This document shows positions 63,438 through 64,000 of a DNA stretch of 64,000 nucleotides, piece by piece. Position 1 is the stretch's first letter. Each line of letters opens with the position of its first letter. Both the position numbers and the translations under genes were made by a program. The stretch comes from Antedon mediterranea (taxonomy: Eukaryota > Animalia > Echinodermata): contig NC_092671.1 of NCBI RefSeq assembly GCF_964355755.1, forward strand, positions 39,070,304 to 39,134,303, in the 5' to 3' direction. The notes beneath the pieces are model-generated. The model saw only the letters and a program-made list of their open reading frames with translations. It did no database searches and was not told the origin of the DNA.

Positions 63438-64000
63438 GTTTCTAAAGACAAAAAATGTATAGGTTTATATTACCATTTAAAAAAAAATAATTTGAAAGGT
63501 CGCTGTCCCTATTTTTATTCTACTTTAGTTATGTGGGCAATCTTCTATAAGTAAAACATGTAGGTAAAATATATTTAATTATTTTTACATATTAATTAAT
63601 AAGAAAATATATGTGTTAATGAACTATTATTAAAAAATAAAATATAACCTATAATATCAATAAAAAAATGTAAACAGATGCACAACATAACAGTGTTAAA
63701 AGAAATTTAGGCCCACTGTTTGGAAATAAAAGTGGGACGAACTCATGTAAGACAAAAAAATAAAAAAGTTGGGCACCAAGTTCGGACTCTACTGAAAGTT
63801 AGCAGCTTTATAGATGCTCGTGTGTAGATAATAAAAAAAAGTGAAAAGGCCCTTAAAAAAGAGCCAATATTCCATGCTTTTATTTAGTTATTACATAAAG
63901 TATATACATAAAGTATAGAATGCTACTAACATTATACTAGGAGGAGGCCACTGATCGAATTGTTTTGATCAAATCGTATGAACTGGGAAAAACAATCAGA

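Overview
AT-rich, intron-rich animal genomic DNA. It is probably an invertebrate deuterostome such as an echinoderm, inferred only from the echinoidin-like lectin and the Deu-type SINEs. The minus strand carries two tandem SELENBP1/methanethiol-oxidase paralogues (the left one runs off the window), an SLC25A39/40-type mitochondrial carrier, a ~31-exon TOPBP1 and a secreted C-type lectin. The introns are full of MITEs, SINEs, LINE 3' fragments and minisatellites. The most striking object is an intact ~9.86-kb Ty3/Gypsy LTR retrotransposon (52165-62020, + strand) inserted just upstream of TOPBP1. It has near-identical LTRs, a target-site duplication, gag and a -1-frameshifted pol whose RT catalytic motif reads HHDD instead of YxDD. 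It also has a third, non-env ORF ending in a C4HC3 RING/PHD-like finger, with candidate splice sites and an internal promoter. Further peculiarities are LTR-to-leader RNA complementarities around an atypical PBS and LTR differences confined to the last ~40 nt. All exon and element boundaries were read by eye and may be off by a few bases. No database searches were run.
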